Below, piece after piece: positions 39,001-51,582 of a DNA stretch of 64,000 nucleotides. The stretch is from contig OU015567.1 of NCBI GenBank assembly GCA_907165135.1, forward strand, positions 3,658,001-3,722,000. The letters run 5' to 3'. The position numbers and the translations under genes were made by a program. Each line of letters begins with the position of its first letter. Position 1 is the stretch's first letter. Source of the DNA: Oikopleura dioica. Its lineage: Eukaryota > Animalia > Chordata. The notes under the pieces were generated by a model that saw only the letters and a list, made by a program, of their open reading frames with translations, was not told where the DNA came from and did not search any database.

Positions 39001-39751
39001 AAACGTCAGCGATACCTTTTTTAGATTACAGATCATTTTAAGTAAATATAAAATTAAACTATTGGAGTCTTCCGTGAAAAATATGCAGCGCCACGTAAAA
39101 AACGGGCGATTTTATTTATTATAGCTTTCGTGAAACTAACCGCCCTGTTCAAAAGGTTATTTTTACGTAACTAAATGGCCAAATCATCTGTTCATTTATA
39201 TCAACACACGTAAAGTGTTCATCTTCAAGCGATTACAGTCAAAATTTTTCGAATAAGGGTTGATCCTTCCTTCGACGTACCGGTCTAGGTTTTGAAAAAA
39301 TTAAGGTTTTGAGGAAAACAAATTTTTAAATTTTAAGGTTCACCAGTTCCCTCGGAATAAAAGAAGAATTTTTCGAGTCGAAACTAGAAATTTTTTAGCT
39401 GGCCTCACATACCGACAAAAAAATCGATAAATTTTGCGTGGGCGGGTCTCGATCGCTGATTGGCCGATCAGCAGAATCCGGGCTTCTTATTGGTTGTAAA
39501 TTTCGACGCAAAATTTGTCGAAATTTTGTCGGTTCTGACCACTCCCCATTTTTTCTAGTCAAAAATTTCTTTAGTCAAAAAAGTCAAAAATGAGTGGCTC
39601 CTTTAATTAATCCCTTTCGTTATTATTTTTTTGATAAACGCGTTCCTTCATTTGTCTTTCCACCTGTACTCCCGAGAGTAAAAGTCGGCACTGCTTCTGT
39701 CGATTTCAAGCCAATCAGTCCAAGCAGAAAATTCAGCGCTGCGGATCTCAT
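36061..39751 (-). CDS. Secreted CUB-domain protein with Thr-rich stretch and basic tail
   Basis: Exon 39664-39751 encodes signal peptide MRSAALNFLLGLIGLKSTEA. The CUB is rebuilt as CGLSFDDEGYFESEHPYMARTS|CMYNVTASEEIEIRVSRLQ|LEVTEDCLYDNIQVYTG...FCG...GFKMHW, followed by poly-Thr. The 3' end may extend below 36061. Confidence 0.8.
38511..38690. repeat. Four AAGCCGC-N3-GCGGCT hairpins followed by the MITE right end
   Basis: aagccgcgtagcggct x2, aagccgctctgcggctt, aagccgctacgcggctt, then ccctgattaaagttttctatacacggtttcgagcc. Confidence 0.65.
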
Positions 39752-40143
39752 CTTCTCTCTCTTTCAAAAAACAATGATCGAAATAAAATAATCTTCAATT
39801 TTTTTAATTTTTTTTTATATTCAAATTCTGAAAATTGTCAAGTCGATAAAATCGAAGAGGAAACTATCATGAGCACTCACGATCCCGCGCAGCAAATAGC
39901 GCCACCTGGACCCGATAGTGCGCGCACACTTAGCGCAATTTTCATGTTTTCGGGGTAGAAGTTTTTAAATAATTGGAATTATGGAACACTTTTTCTTGAA
40001 AAAAAATGGGTACCCAAAATGACGAGATGTTTTGTGCTGAAAATTCTTATGAAAGTAGTTAAAATAAGCTGACTAGATTCGGAAAATTAAGGTTTTTTCT
40101 TGAATTTTTTCTTAATTTCGGGAGTTCACATCATCTGAGAGGG

Positions 40144-40288
40144 AAGCCTGTGCAAAAAACCTGAGTCAGGATTTTGAAAGATTTTTTGACGCCGCGGAGC
40201 GGCTTTTTTTTTGTTTAGCCGCGAAACCGCTTCCCAAAAACTAACAAAATTTCTTGAAAGAACATTTTAATAAAGCCTGACTCAGGTT
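40144..40288. mobile_element. MITE of the AACCTGAGTCAGG TIR family with internal GCCGC hairpins
   Basis: cctgtgcaaaaaacctgagtcagg / cctgactcaggtttttacacagg inverted ends. Confidence 0.65.
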
Positions 40289-40642
40289 TTTACACAGGTT
40301 CGCGAGCCTATCTATCGATTTTTCGAGAAAGAAGGGGGTCTACCGCAAATTTTGGGATCCGTGAAAATGCAAGTTAGCTCTAAAAGAAGCCGTCGTGGAA
40401 AATCTGGAATTTCCGCACGTGGAAGAGAAAAACAAAACCGCCGGGAAATACGTAACATATATCGCAGAAGACGAGAGCAAAAATAAAATTAGCTTCGTGC
40501 TTCCGGATTCAAACTCGATTTCGAACTAAGATTCTTTCCAACTCGATTCTTCTTGAGTAACATAAGCTTGTTATAAAGCCTGTGAAATAACCTTTACTGC
40601 ACCTTGAATTACAGTAATTTACTTTCGAGCAAGGCGAAATAA

Positions 40643-40712
40643 TTTTCGAGAAAATTCGAGAAATTCGAAAAAAATTCGAGAAATTCGAGAAAATTCGAGA
40701 AATTCGAGAAAA
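40643..40712. repeat. Tandem 9-10-bp repeat (A)AATTCGAGA, about 7 copies
   Basis: Directly visible. Contains TTCgaGAAaaTTCgaGAA twice. Confidence 0.8.
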
Positions 40713-41073
40713 AAGTTTTAATGAAAAATGAACAATTTGAACACTTTGTTCATTTTTCCTTTTAAAAGGAGGCGATAAGAACTTTAGACGACGCTAGAAC
40801 ACGTTTTGGCAAAACAATCGCTTCTGGCAGATCGGACGTGTACCCGGCACTATCGCACTTGTAGTCCATATTTCTTTTCGTCGAATATTTATTTTCTCAA
40901 AAAGATAAGCCGTAATGGACCCTCACTTTTATTCAATTTATTTTGTGACACGCAGGCTTCATGGTGAATGGCAACGAAAAGTACAATTAAACTCGCACTG
41001 TCTTCTCCACAAACATCTTCTTCAAAACATAAACTTAAAGAATAAACTCAATTTTTTGTACGACTTGAACTAA

Positions 41074-41309
41074 CAGTAAGCTTGGGTTAGGGATAAGGTT
41101 AGAGTTAAGGTAAGAGTTAGGGTTTGTGTTAGGGTTAGGGTTAGGATTCTTTTTAGCCCATCAGAGTCAATGGTAAGCTTAACTTTTTTCAGCCAATCAG
41201 GGGCCAGAATTCGGCTTAAGTTATTTTCAACCAATCAGAGGCCAGTATTATTTCCATCAACCAATCCCAGGCAAGCTAACCCAAGCCTAACCCTTATCTT
41301 ACCCTACTG
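41074..41309. repeat. Degenerate TTAGGG tract + four CCAAT-box repeats + CCCTAA-like tract
   Basis: gggttagggataaggttagagttaagg...gttagggttagggttagg; (t)tcagccaatcag(a/g)ggccag-like units ~38 bp apart; ctaacccaagcctaaccctt. Confidence 0.7.
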
Positions 41310-41599
41310 ACATCACCCCCTTAATTTTCGCCCCCCCCAATGAACTTACCTTGAATGAATGGAATGATTATCAGCAAAATGCTCTGAATAATGCTGAAAT
41401 TATCAATGTACTCTGCATTTTGTTGAACCAAGTGCTCATCGTATCCATGCTTCGCTCTTAAAAAATATTTCTATTTCTAAAAAGCGATAACTCCATCTCT
41501 GAGAATATTCTTTTTCGCAATTTTGTGGCGTGGTGAAACACTTATCGCGGATTCTGAAGAATTTGGCATCATTATTTTTTGCATCGCTTACCTCGATGC

Positions 41600-43660
41600 T
41601 AGAATGATTTTGAAGCATTCAAGCCATTTGATTTTGAAATTCTTGCATCAATAGACACTCGGCTCAACATCGTGGCCTCAAGTAGAAAGAAAAATAAAAA
41701 AGGTAGAGGCATGCTGTACCGAGTAAATAATCCGAGTGCTATCGATTTCCTTGAGAAGGCTGAGGAAGGTTTCTGTCTCGTCTTCCGAGTCGGATAAATT
41801 TTCTTCGTTTCTGGATGGTTTTGCTGGGTTAAATCTTTATGGGCTCGACAAATTGACCATTTCAACTCGTTTCTTCACCAAAAAACATAGCCGATTTCAA
41901 GCCTCGGGGCCTGTTTCAGCACAAAAAGTGCCAAGCGATCGGCAACAGGTTAACTAATTCATTAACCTGTCAAAAAAATCATTTTTGAAGACGCTGTCTA
42001 GTAGACAGGGTGACTTTTATGGTCTATGTTTAAGGGGTTGGTGGTCGAGAAAAAGGATTTTTTCAGCCTAAAAAACTCAATTTTTTCAAGAAAAATTTTT
42101 TTTTGTTCTCAATCTTAATAAGTTGTAAAGGGTTGAAATTGTGTGGGTGGCTTGGTTTTAAAAGAAATTAAAAAGGAAAAATGACCAAATCTAGCGTCAA
42201 ATCGACCTGAAATCGCGGTTCTTGCTATTTTAGTCGACATTTTTCGATTTTTGGTCATTTTTCGCCTTTTTTTGAAGCCGATTTCCCTGCACCATGATTT
42301 TGACGCTAAAAATAGGTTGTTCGAGAAAAAAAATTACTGTAAGTTCATAAAAAAACTATAAGTTAACGCCGAAAATTAAAATCATTTTATAATTCTCGAC
42401 CAACACCCCCTTAATATATTTTCAGAATAATCGCCCTGTAAACATTTGTGTATATAAACAAATTTCTGCATAAAACTTGCCCTGTCAGTTTTTCTCACGT
42501 TTTTAAACACATAGCTATGAACCAAATTGCCGAGCCCGTGCATCTATCCGACTTGATTTCGATCGCCATTTCGATCATATTCCTCTTCATCGAGAAAGAA
42601 TTGAGCACGCAGAGCGAATAGTACATCGGTTCGAGGCCCGTTTTGCTGAACTCCACCGCTTTGCCTTGTTTGTTTTGGGTAAGCACCTTCACGATTCCCC
42701 CTTTTTATTGCTTGAGAAAGAGAACGTTAATTGCTTTCATGTTAACACGCTTTGTTTTCATCCAGGTGTCCAAAGAACGGTTATCAAAAATAATAATAAA
42801 ACAGGTTATTATTATAAATTGTTCTTCGATTTTTCGATTGAGCACTTGGCAATTACGCTATATAAAGAAAATCACCAAGCTATACAGCCCGACAAATCTC
42901 TTTTTCAAGCTTTCCTGCAACGTCTTTTCGCATAGTCACCATACTCGTCCCTTCAGACATCAGCTGAACATTTACTGAAACATGAAATTATGAACGCCCT
43001 GGTTTACAGAGAAAAAAAAAGAAGAAGAATTGAAAAATGTATTCAAAGCTGGAAAATGATTTGAAAATATATCGGGTCTGTTTTCTGAACAAAAAGACAA
43101 AATGAGATTTTTGTGAGATTTATGCAATTTAAGGGTGTGGCGGTCTAATTGAATAAAGAGAGAATTTTCGGAAAAAATATTTTATAAAAATATGCAGTGT
43201 AAAAATATGTTAATTTAAGGGGGGCAAAATTAAAATAAACCCTAACCCTAGAAATACCGGTTAAAATGGAGGCTTTCGATTTTAACCACGTGATTGAATG
43301 ATAGAATACGTTTTAATTTTGTACGTGGAAGTCAATCAGAAAAATATAACTGTTCGTTAATTGTCATTTCCTAACGTGTTTGTAAAACAAGACTAGACAG
43401 TTTCGGAAATAGACTTACACTGATAGTCCGGCTCCAACCAAATATAGTGGCATTTTAGACCCTTGTCATCCGAGTTTATCAAATATACTCCCAATATTTA
43501 TCATAAACTCTAATTAACTCTGAGAAACTCAGTGAACTTTCTTGATCGATAATCTTCTTTCCATCGGTGAAAAATGATCGGGTTCGATTTCGATAATTTG
43601 TCAAAATCATCAACAGATCCAGAAGCCGTAAATATCAAAAAATGAATGAAGACGCGCATA
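41600..43660 (-). CDS. Possible multi-exon secreted protein, unknown function
   Basis: MRVFIHFLIFTASG signal-like start near 43660 and exon-like blocks (e.g. GVYLINSDDKGLKCHYIWLEPDYQ|gtaagt). No full splice model. Confidence 0.3.
42034..42410. mobile_element. Kolobok-like MITE
   Basis: TTAA at 42030-33 and 42411-14. Imperfect 18-bp TIR GGGGTTGGTGGTCGAGAA / TTCTCGACCAACACCCCC. Confidence 0.75.
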
Positions 43661-45144
43661 CTTATTATTTCTCTTTTACAAAGCGTTGTATTTATCGAGC
43701 TCCTCATTCAAAATCCTGCCATTTAAACAGAATTACTACTCAAACAAAACGTTTGGAAACTGTTCCAGCGCCAGAAAAGCTCGTACAGACCATTTTTTTT
43801 TATTAAATGAAAACGGTTATTTTTAAGACTCGAAGAAAATAATTGTTCAAAATTATTCATTATAAGAACCTTTCTTACAAAGTGTTTTTTAAAATATTTT
43901 AATAATTATTTCGATGAAATAATAAGATTTATTTTAATAATTATTTTTTAATAAATAAATAAAGAATATTTTAACAATTTATTTAAATATTTTTAAATAA
44001 CTATATTAAATAAACAATCAGAAAAAACACCTCTTATTTCTAAAAAAAATGAATACACTCTATTAATAGATCTACTTGTTAGCACGATGTCTCAAAACAA
44101 TCCAACAAATCGACATCGTGTAAAAAAATCGAAATTGGACTTATTGAACGAGCTTCTCCACGTTTTTCCAAGCTCTTTCTGAGCGAGGGCCCTTTGCTCT
44201 GAGCGGAAAAACGTCCGAAACTCATCCCCAAATCCCTTTGTCGTAAACAAGGAGCGCACTTTGTGAGCCAGCTGAATTCAATTATTGGAAAACAATAAAC
44301 CAAAATACGCTTTCGAACAATTGATATAAATTAATTCTTTTCCTGAGAAATTGACCCTGAACGGATGTTGCTAAGAAGCAAGAAACCTGACGATTTTGAT
44401 CTTTGACAGCTTTTCGCAGGGTTTTGTCGTCATTTCTGGCCATGAATTCTACAAATATGAAAGCAGTCTTGGCGGGTAGCGGTCTGACCTGTTTTCAAAT
44501 ATTGAATTTTTGAATTATTTTGGCTCATGGGTCATGATAAATATTAAGTGCCGAATATATGTCCCCTCTCCTATAAAAACGTATCTGCACTTTGATTATG
44601 ACAGTTATCCAAGATGGTATTAGCCTTTATTTTGACATTTTTCACTGCCTCAACGAGTTCAAAATTTGCAGATATGTGGCAAGGTAGTTCTGTTATTAAT
44701 TTGAATGTGAGTTTTATTAAATCAAAATTAAGATTTGATTTGGGCTCGCGAGGAAACAGATCACTGGCTGAGAACAATGAATAATGCTGACGACTTTATC
44801 AACCGTAATTTAGATTAATTCGTTTTTAAATGAGATCTCATACTTAGTATTCAGATGATTCATCACAACGAGGAAATTTCTTACAGAACTCCGTTCCGAA
44901 CCGATTCAAAAGAATAACCTATGAATAAAAAGAAAAAAAGCGTTTTGAAATTATTTTATGAGATGAAGCACCGATATTATCTCCGATATCCGACGCCGCT
45001 GAACCGACCTATCGAATTGAGATATTTTGTTGTCAGTCATTTATTTGAAAAAACAAAGAAAAACTCATTTTACGAGGCATAAACAAGGCTGTAATACAAA
45101 ATGAAGATGTCTGGAAAATAATATCCCAGAAAGAGATTTGGTAA

Positions 45145-46566
45145 ATGCTCCAGAGAAAGTTAGACAAGAACACGATTTTGATTCAAATTGGCGAAAATGG
45201 ATTGGGAAGAAAGTATCACTCCTTTCTTCTGCGCAGAGTATTTTTGCTGTTAGCGATTTTATGCTTTATCTCGGTCGGCTGGTTCTTTGCCCGCGGAAAA
45301 CTCATTGTCGGATTTCAAGTTCGACTTGAAACTGGTCCCGAAAAAGTATCTCCGAACGGAAACAAAGAATCAAATGAAATCGACTACGATGCGACCCCAG
45401 AACATTGCGTTCGACAAAAAGAAAGGGCATTCTTGCTTTTCTGGGCAAAAAAATTAGATTTATTTCGCAAAGCCCATTGAAGAACGACTCTACTTTTTGA
45501 AAACCCACAAAACAGCGTCATCTGTTATTGAAAATATCCTCTACAGATATGGACTGCGAACGAACAAGACCTTTGGCTTTCCGTTGAATGGGGCTCTTAT
45601 CTTTGACTACCGAAAGCCTTTTTCAAAAAGCATGATGTTCCCCTTGCGTGACGGAAGTCGCCCAGATATCTTGCAGCAGCACACGAGATATTCAAAGGAG
45701 CTCGCGGATATCTTTCCAAAATCCGACTCTTTCAGAATAACGATTTTTAGGTTAGTGAAATTAATGCTTATTTTCATTCTTTATGCAACCAGAGACCCAG
45801 GGACACTTCTTCCATCGCTGTTCGAATACTTTCCTCGGAATCCGCCTTTCAAAGAAGCCAAGACTGTGGAGAACTTTATTTCGTCGCCTGAAAAATACAG
45901 GTAATCCCTTTTCTTTTGAAGGGAAATATATCTGATTTTAGTAGTGTTGGTGCTGCCGATTTCGTGACACGGAATTCGATGACTTTTCAAATGGGATTCG
46001 AAAATTTTTTGAAATCTGAACCGACCGATGAGCAAATCGCTGAAATCATTTCGACAGTAGAAAACGACTTCGACCTCGTCTTGCTTTCCGAGTATTTACC
46101 ACAATCGCTGATTTTGCTGAGACATCTTTTGTGTCTGAAGTGGAGCGACATTGCAACCATGTCCAAGAATATTTCCAAACGAAAGCATATTGAGGAAAGT
46201 GTGAAGGAAAAAATCCGACGCTGGCAGAATGTGGATATGAGAGTTTACGAAGCGGCGAACAGAACACTTTGGCAAAAGATTAGAGATTTTGGCGAAGAGA
46301 AAATGGCCACGGAAATGAGCATTCTGGAGAAAATGAATAGCGAAAATGCCGAAAAGTGCGTCAAGGGATACCGCCCGGTGAAAGAACTGGCCGTCGAGTT
46401 CCGTGACTACGAGCCGCCAGGACTGACCATCGAGGGAATCGACCTGAAAGACGGCTACTCAGATGTTTGCTACGACATTGCTTTGTCACCTTTTGCTCTG
46501 GCGATTGATATACTTGATAAACAATGTCAAAGCTCTCACGTAAGAATACTTGCGACAATTTCATAA
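45145..46566 (+). CDS. Galactose-3-O-sulfotransferase-like (GAL3ST family)
   Basis: Type II TM anchor VFLLLAILCFISVGWFF; HC|PIEERLYFLKTHKTASSVIENILYRYG (5'-PSB); R|DPGTLLPSLFEYF (3'-PB); FDLVLLSEYLPQSLILLRHLLC; WQNVDMRVY. Confidence 0.9.
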
Positions 46567-47421
46567 AAAATTTTAGTTCTTGCGAAAATACATGAATATG
46601 GAAGACAGACCAAAGCGATTCAAAACTGATTGTAAAAAATAAATCAAAAAAGGACTTTCGAATTGAAAAAAATGAACTTTGGACCTCGGTAGAGAAAGAT
46701 GAGTGAATGCAGAAATTTAACCCTGGCTCGTCAGGCGCGCATTTTAACAAAAAACGTTGCGCCATAACGGCTGCATTCTAGTTAGAGAAAATGAAATCTG
46801 CGTTAATTAGGTTGTACCACCGTTATTCTTTTATTTTGGCAAATAAAAGGGAAGATGAAAATTATGATTATACGCTCTTATCGTTTGCAAATTATGAATC
46901 AAAAGCAAAATGCGTTTCATTTGAATAATTATGGAATAATGATTTGAACGAAATCGTTGTTGTCTCATTATTTCCTATTTATGGCCAATCAGTTGAGCTA
47001 TTTTGTTATTTTGCTTGTCACAAAACATCTTTTACCTTCTACTTATTCCCTCAATAACTCATTAAAAGGTTGAATAACGGCAACTTCGAGTGGTTTCACG
47101 TTTTTTGTTTTCACCGAGCGCACTCTTTGTTTTTACTCAAGTCAGTTGAAATTAACTCCACGTTAACGCCTATTGTTACCGTAAATATGAATTAAACGAG
47201 GGAGAGGTTGAGTTCCGGTTCCATCAATCAAAAAATGAAAGCGAAAGTTTTTGAGATATTTTTATTCTATTATTCTCTCAAAAAGTCAGTCAGTCACTAG
47301 AATTAAGTCTATTTACAGTGAGTATAAAAGTGAGAAGAAAGATAAGGAAAAGGTTTTGTTTCGCTTGGTCTGTTCAAAGTGTTGTTCAAAAATCGGTCAT
47401 CCAGTGCACGCGATAGATCAT

Positions 47422-48453
47422 TTATCGTCGTCGTCGGGATTTCTTGGATTTGTCGGGCTTGTCAGCTGGGGCAGCATCGGGTCCGGCAGCGGCGTCGGGA
47501 GCTGGGGGACCTTGTCCGGGAGCGCCAAAAGCTTGGGGAGCTGGGCCAGGGCCGAATCCTCCTGGGCCACCTGGTCCTCCGAATCCAGGACCGCCGGGGC
47601 CGCCGGGGCCACCAAAGCCAGGGCCGCCGGGGCCACCAAAACCAGGGCCGCCTGGACCGCCAAGGCCTGGGCCGCCTGGACCACCGAGACCAGGGCCGCC
47701 GGGACCGCCAAAGTCAGCAGCATCCTCAGCTGGAGGAGGGCCAGCAGGGAAACCGCCAGGGAATCCACCTGGGAAGCCACCGGGGAAACCGCCGAAGTCA
47801 GTAGCATCACCCTGAGGAGGAGGGCCAGCGGGGAAACCACCAGCGGGGAATCCGCCAGGGAATCCACCGAATCCACCGGGACCGCCAAAGTCAGCAGCGT
47901 CTTCAGCTGGGGGAGGTCCTGCTGGGAATCCACCGGGGAATCCACCAGGGAATCCACCTGGGAAACCACCGAAGTCGGCAGCGTCACCTTGTGGGGGAGG
48001 TCCAGCAGGGAAGCCACCAGGGAATCCTCCTGCGGGGAATCCACCAGCAGGGAATCCACCGAAATCAGCGGCATCGGCGGCGGGTGGGGGGCCGAATCCT
48101 GGGAAGCCACCTGGGAATGGGAATGGAGATGGGCCGAATCCCTGAGGAGCTTTGGGAGCTTCTTCAGCGTTGTCGGTCTTGTCGCCTTCCTTTGGAGGAG
48201 CGGGGAAAGCGCCGGGGAAAGCACCAGGGAAAGCACCGGGGAATCCGCCGAAGAATGGCTGAGCAGCGGGAGCAGCGGCTTCAGCGTTATCTGTCTTGTC
48301 GCCTTCTTTGGGTGGCTGGGCGAAGGGGAAGGCTTAAATAAACGATAAAGATTTGCTCTCGAAGGATACTTGCTCACCTGGGAAACCTCCGGGTTGTCCG
48401 GGGAAGCCAAATGGCACTGGGGCTGCTGGTGGTGCTTTAGTCTCTTCTGACAT
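47422..48453 (-). CDS. Gly/Pro/Phe low-complexity protein (~328 aa), two exons, basic C-terminus
   Basis: Exon 48378-48453 (MSEETKAPPAAPVPFGFPGQPGGFP) spliced GT-AG in frame to 47422-48332: (GGFP)n, AGPPP(Q/A)xDAADF, (GGPG[L/F])n, ending DKSKKSRRRR*. Third-position variation fits coding in this frame. Confidence 0.85.
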
Positions 48454-48799
48454 ATCTCAAGTTATGTGGAAATGGATAAATATCATCGAATTATATGTTA
48501 TTTTCATTTCCTGGCTATATTTTTAAAGATGATAAAAATTCTTGATTTAGTGATTCAAAACGGAAACGATTTTGCTTGAAAAAAATAATAGAAAAAGGAA
48601 GCCATTGAGTCTAAATTTTATTATCTGACATAGATAGAACTTTTTAGACATACCGTACTTCCATCATAGAATTTTGATGTCGATTTTTATGGAGAAAAGG
48701 TGGTTGTTCAGAAATGGCTCTTTGAGAAATGTGCATATGCTCCGGCGGTCTACGAAATAAAATTTGTCCATTTCAAGTCTCTTAGATAATAAGTGAAAA

Positions 48800-50074
48800 A
48801 TGAAGCTTTCTTTAGCTTTTGGTGCCGTTTCTGCTTTTGAGCTTGCTGCAGTTACTCCCCCTCCCGGATGCCCGTAAGTTTCAAGACTCTTTATATTTCT
48901 ATTTTGATTCTAGAGACCTTGATAAATACGAGATTTGCACGGCAAAATGCTCAGCCGATCTCGACACTTGCAAAGAAGCTTGCAACCCCGACGACTTCAC
49001 ATGTGCCAGTCGTTGTGATGCCGCTGCTCTCGATTGCAACAACGACTGTCCCTGCAGCAACGGTTGTCCCAGCGGCTGCCTAGGCTGTGAAAACCCTATT
49101 TGCTCGACTGACGGAGAGCACCTTTTGATCCTCAATACATACGCCGGTATGGACAATCAGTCTTTCTTGATCGAACTTGCTACCGACATCCACAAAATGG
49201 GCAACTTCAACTACAACATGGAGATCCACGACATTGAGGACTCCTGTTACGCTTTCATGAAGGGCGAGCACTGGTTCCTCGGTGGTTACTACAACGAGCG
49301 AATGATCGCCAAAGTCAACCTTGGTGGCTGCGCAATCGAGCCTCAACAGAAACTTCTCGCCATCACCCACGTTGACGGCTTCTGGGGATCTTGCTCTGTC
49401 TATAATGACCTAACCCACATGTGTTTTGATGCCAATGGCGTTGGTGGCGATCGATGCCAGACTTTCGACGGTGAAGAGGGAGGTCAAGCTGTTCTTCCAT
49501 CTCGATCAAATGCTCCTCATGACTACACTGCCATGGCCGTCTATGACAACAAAATGTGGGTTGTTGGAGGATGCGATCCTGACGGCTTTGACTGCCATAA
49601 TGTCGTTGAGTCATTTGACGGGTCAAGCTGGACTGTTGCCCCTAACCTACCAGTAGCAGAAATTTATGCTCAGACTGTTCTTGGAGATGTGAATGGGCTC
49701 TACTCTATTTCTGGTCGACCAAGCTCTAATAGCCAGAATGTAAGAATCGAATTCAAAAAAATCGTGAATACTTTTCAAGGTGTACAAATTCAATGGAAGC
49801 TCCTGGAGCCTTCTCGGTCTGATGTCTTCCGCTCAAGCAGACGCATTCTACTTTACTTCTGGCAAAATTGTCAGCAATGGACTCGCATATGGCGGAGAAG
49901 AGTAAATAAGGTTACGATTTTCCGGTAATTTATTTTTCTTTAAGCTACATGGAAAAGATTCAATTGAGCGACACTGAATTTTCCTCCGTCAACATTGGAG
50001 TTGCAGCAAACGGTGAAGTGTTCGATCTCTACTACGCGGCGATGATCTTGGTTGATGGAGCAATCTGTATGTAA
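48800..50074 (+). CDS. Secreted Cys-rich N-domain + Kelch-like beta-propeller protein, copy 1
   Basis: MKLSLAFGAVSAFELAA signal; CTAKC..C...C...C..RC...C...CPCSNGCPSGC; Kelch-like HWFLGG and AMAVYDNKMWVVGG...VESFDGSSWTVAPNLP; last exon ends GAICM*. Confidence 0.85.
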
Positions 50075-50324
50075 AACATCTTCTCTCTTGACAATTCTTA
50101 TGCAGCATAAATTTTGCTTAACTTTTACTAAATAAATAAGATATTCATCAATGTATTTGTAAATAATGTGTCATGCGTTTGTTATTTTGTCGACAATAAT
50201 CGTTCAAAATTGGTCTTTGGGAAAAAGCAGATGGCAAGCCCGTCTCAAGACATAAACCGTCAATCATAAGTTTGTTAGACAATTAGACAATAAATTATCG
50301 TTGATAATGATAATTTTTGAAGCA

Positions 50325-51582
50325 ATGAGCGCCGTTTCCGCTTTTGAGCTTGCTGCAGTCACTCCTCCTCCTGGATGCCCGTAAGTAAAAATGGCGGATA
50401 AAGATAAAATAGTAAATTGAATAAGTGACCTTGACAAATTTGAAATTTGTACGGCGAAATGTTCAGCTGATCATGATGCTTGCAAAGCTGGCTGCAGCTC
50501 GGACGATTTCACATGCGTTAGCCGGTGCGATGCTGCTGCTCTTGATTGCAGCAACGCTTGTCCTTGTAACAATGGTTGCCCAAGTGGATGCCTTGGCTGC
50601 GAGAATCCGGTTTGCTCTAGCGAAGAAGAGCATCTCATGATTCTCAACGCTTATTCTGCAATAAGGGATCAGGCGTTTTTGATCGAGCTTGCTTCCGATA
50701 CTCACAAGATTGCCAACTTCAACTACAACGACTTTTTATTTGAAATTGAGGACTCCTGCTATGCATTCATGAATGGCGAGCACTGGTTCCTCGGCGGTTA
50801 CTACAATGAACGACTGGTCGCCAAGGTCAACCTCGGTGGCTGCTCAATCGAGCCTCAGCAAAGTCTTCTCGCCATCACTCATGTCGACGGCTACTATGGA
50901 TCTTGTGCTGTCTACAACGAAATTACACACATGTGTTTCGACTCAAATGGCGTTGGTGCCAATCGTTGCCAAACTTTTGACGGAGAAGACGGTGGTCAAG
51001 CTGTGGTCCAAACTCAATCAAATGCTCCTCACGACTACGCTGCAATGGCCATCTACGACAATAAGATGTGGGTTGTTGGAGGATGCGATCCCGCCGGCTT
51101 CGATTGTCATAATATCGTTGAATCATATGACGGATCGACATGGACCGTCGCTCCGAACATTCCTGTCGAAGAAATTTACTCTCAGACTGTTCTTGGAGAT
51201 GTTTATGGGCTCTACTCAATCTCTGGTCGCTTCAATGGCCGAAATGTAAGATGAAGATTGTAAATAATTCTTCACCATGTCACATGTTTCAGGTCTTCAA
51301 ATTTGATGGAAATTCCTGGTCGCTCCTTGGTTTGATGTCTGAAGCTCAAGCCGGTGCATATTTCTTCACTTCTGGCAAAATTGTTAACAACGGACTTGCA
51401 TATGCTGGAGAAGAGTAAGTATAAAGGATTTGAGTACAAATTTAGTCATTGGTTTTATTTTATATGACTCTATTGTCATCTTTAGCACCATGGAAAAGAT
51501 CCAATTGAGCGACACAAATTTTTCTTCGATCAACATCGATCGATCATCAAAAAAAAACTCTCTCTGCATCCGTGCGGAGTAA
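50325..51582 (+). CDS. Tandem paralogue (copy 2) of the Cys-rich/Kelch-like gene, shortened N-terminus and truncated last exon
   Basis: Colinear with copy 1 exon by exon. Homology stops at 51538, where unrelated sequence replaces the last 25 codons. Confidence 0.8.

Noticed and set aside
39541-39570. Weak resemblance to the spliced-leader sequence
   Set aside because: The similarity is limited to a short pyrimidine run, with no donor site or Sm-site context.
47251-48410. Long ORFs in other frames and strands over the Gly/Pro repeat (365, 330, 141, 123, 116 aa)
   Set aside because: These are shadows of a stop-poor repeat. Only the spliced minus-strand GGFP frame has a start, splice sites and a coherent repeat.
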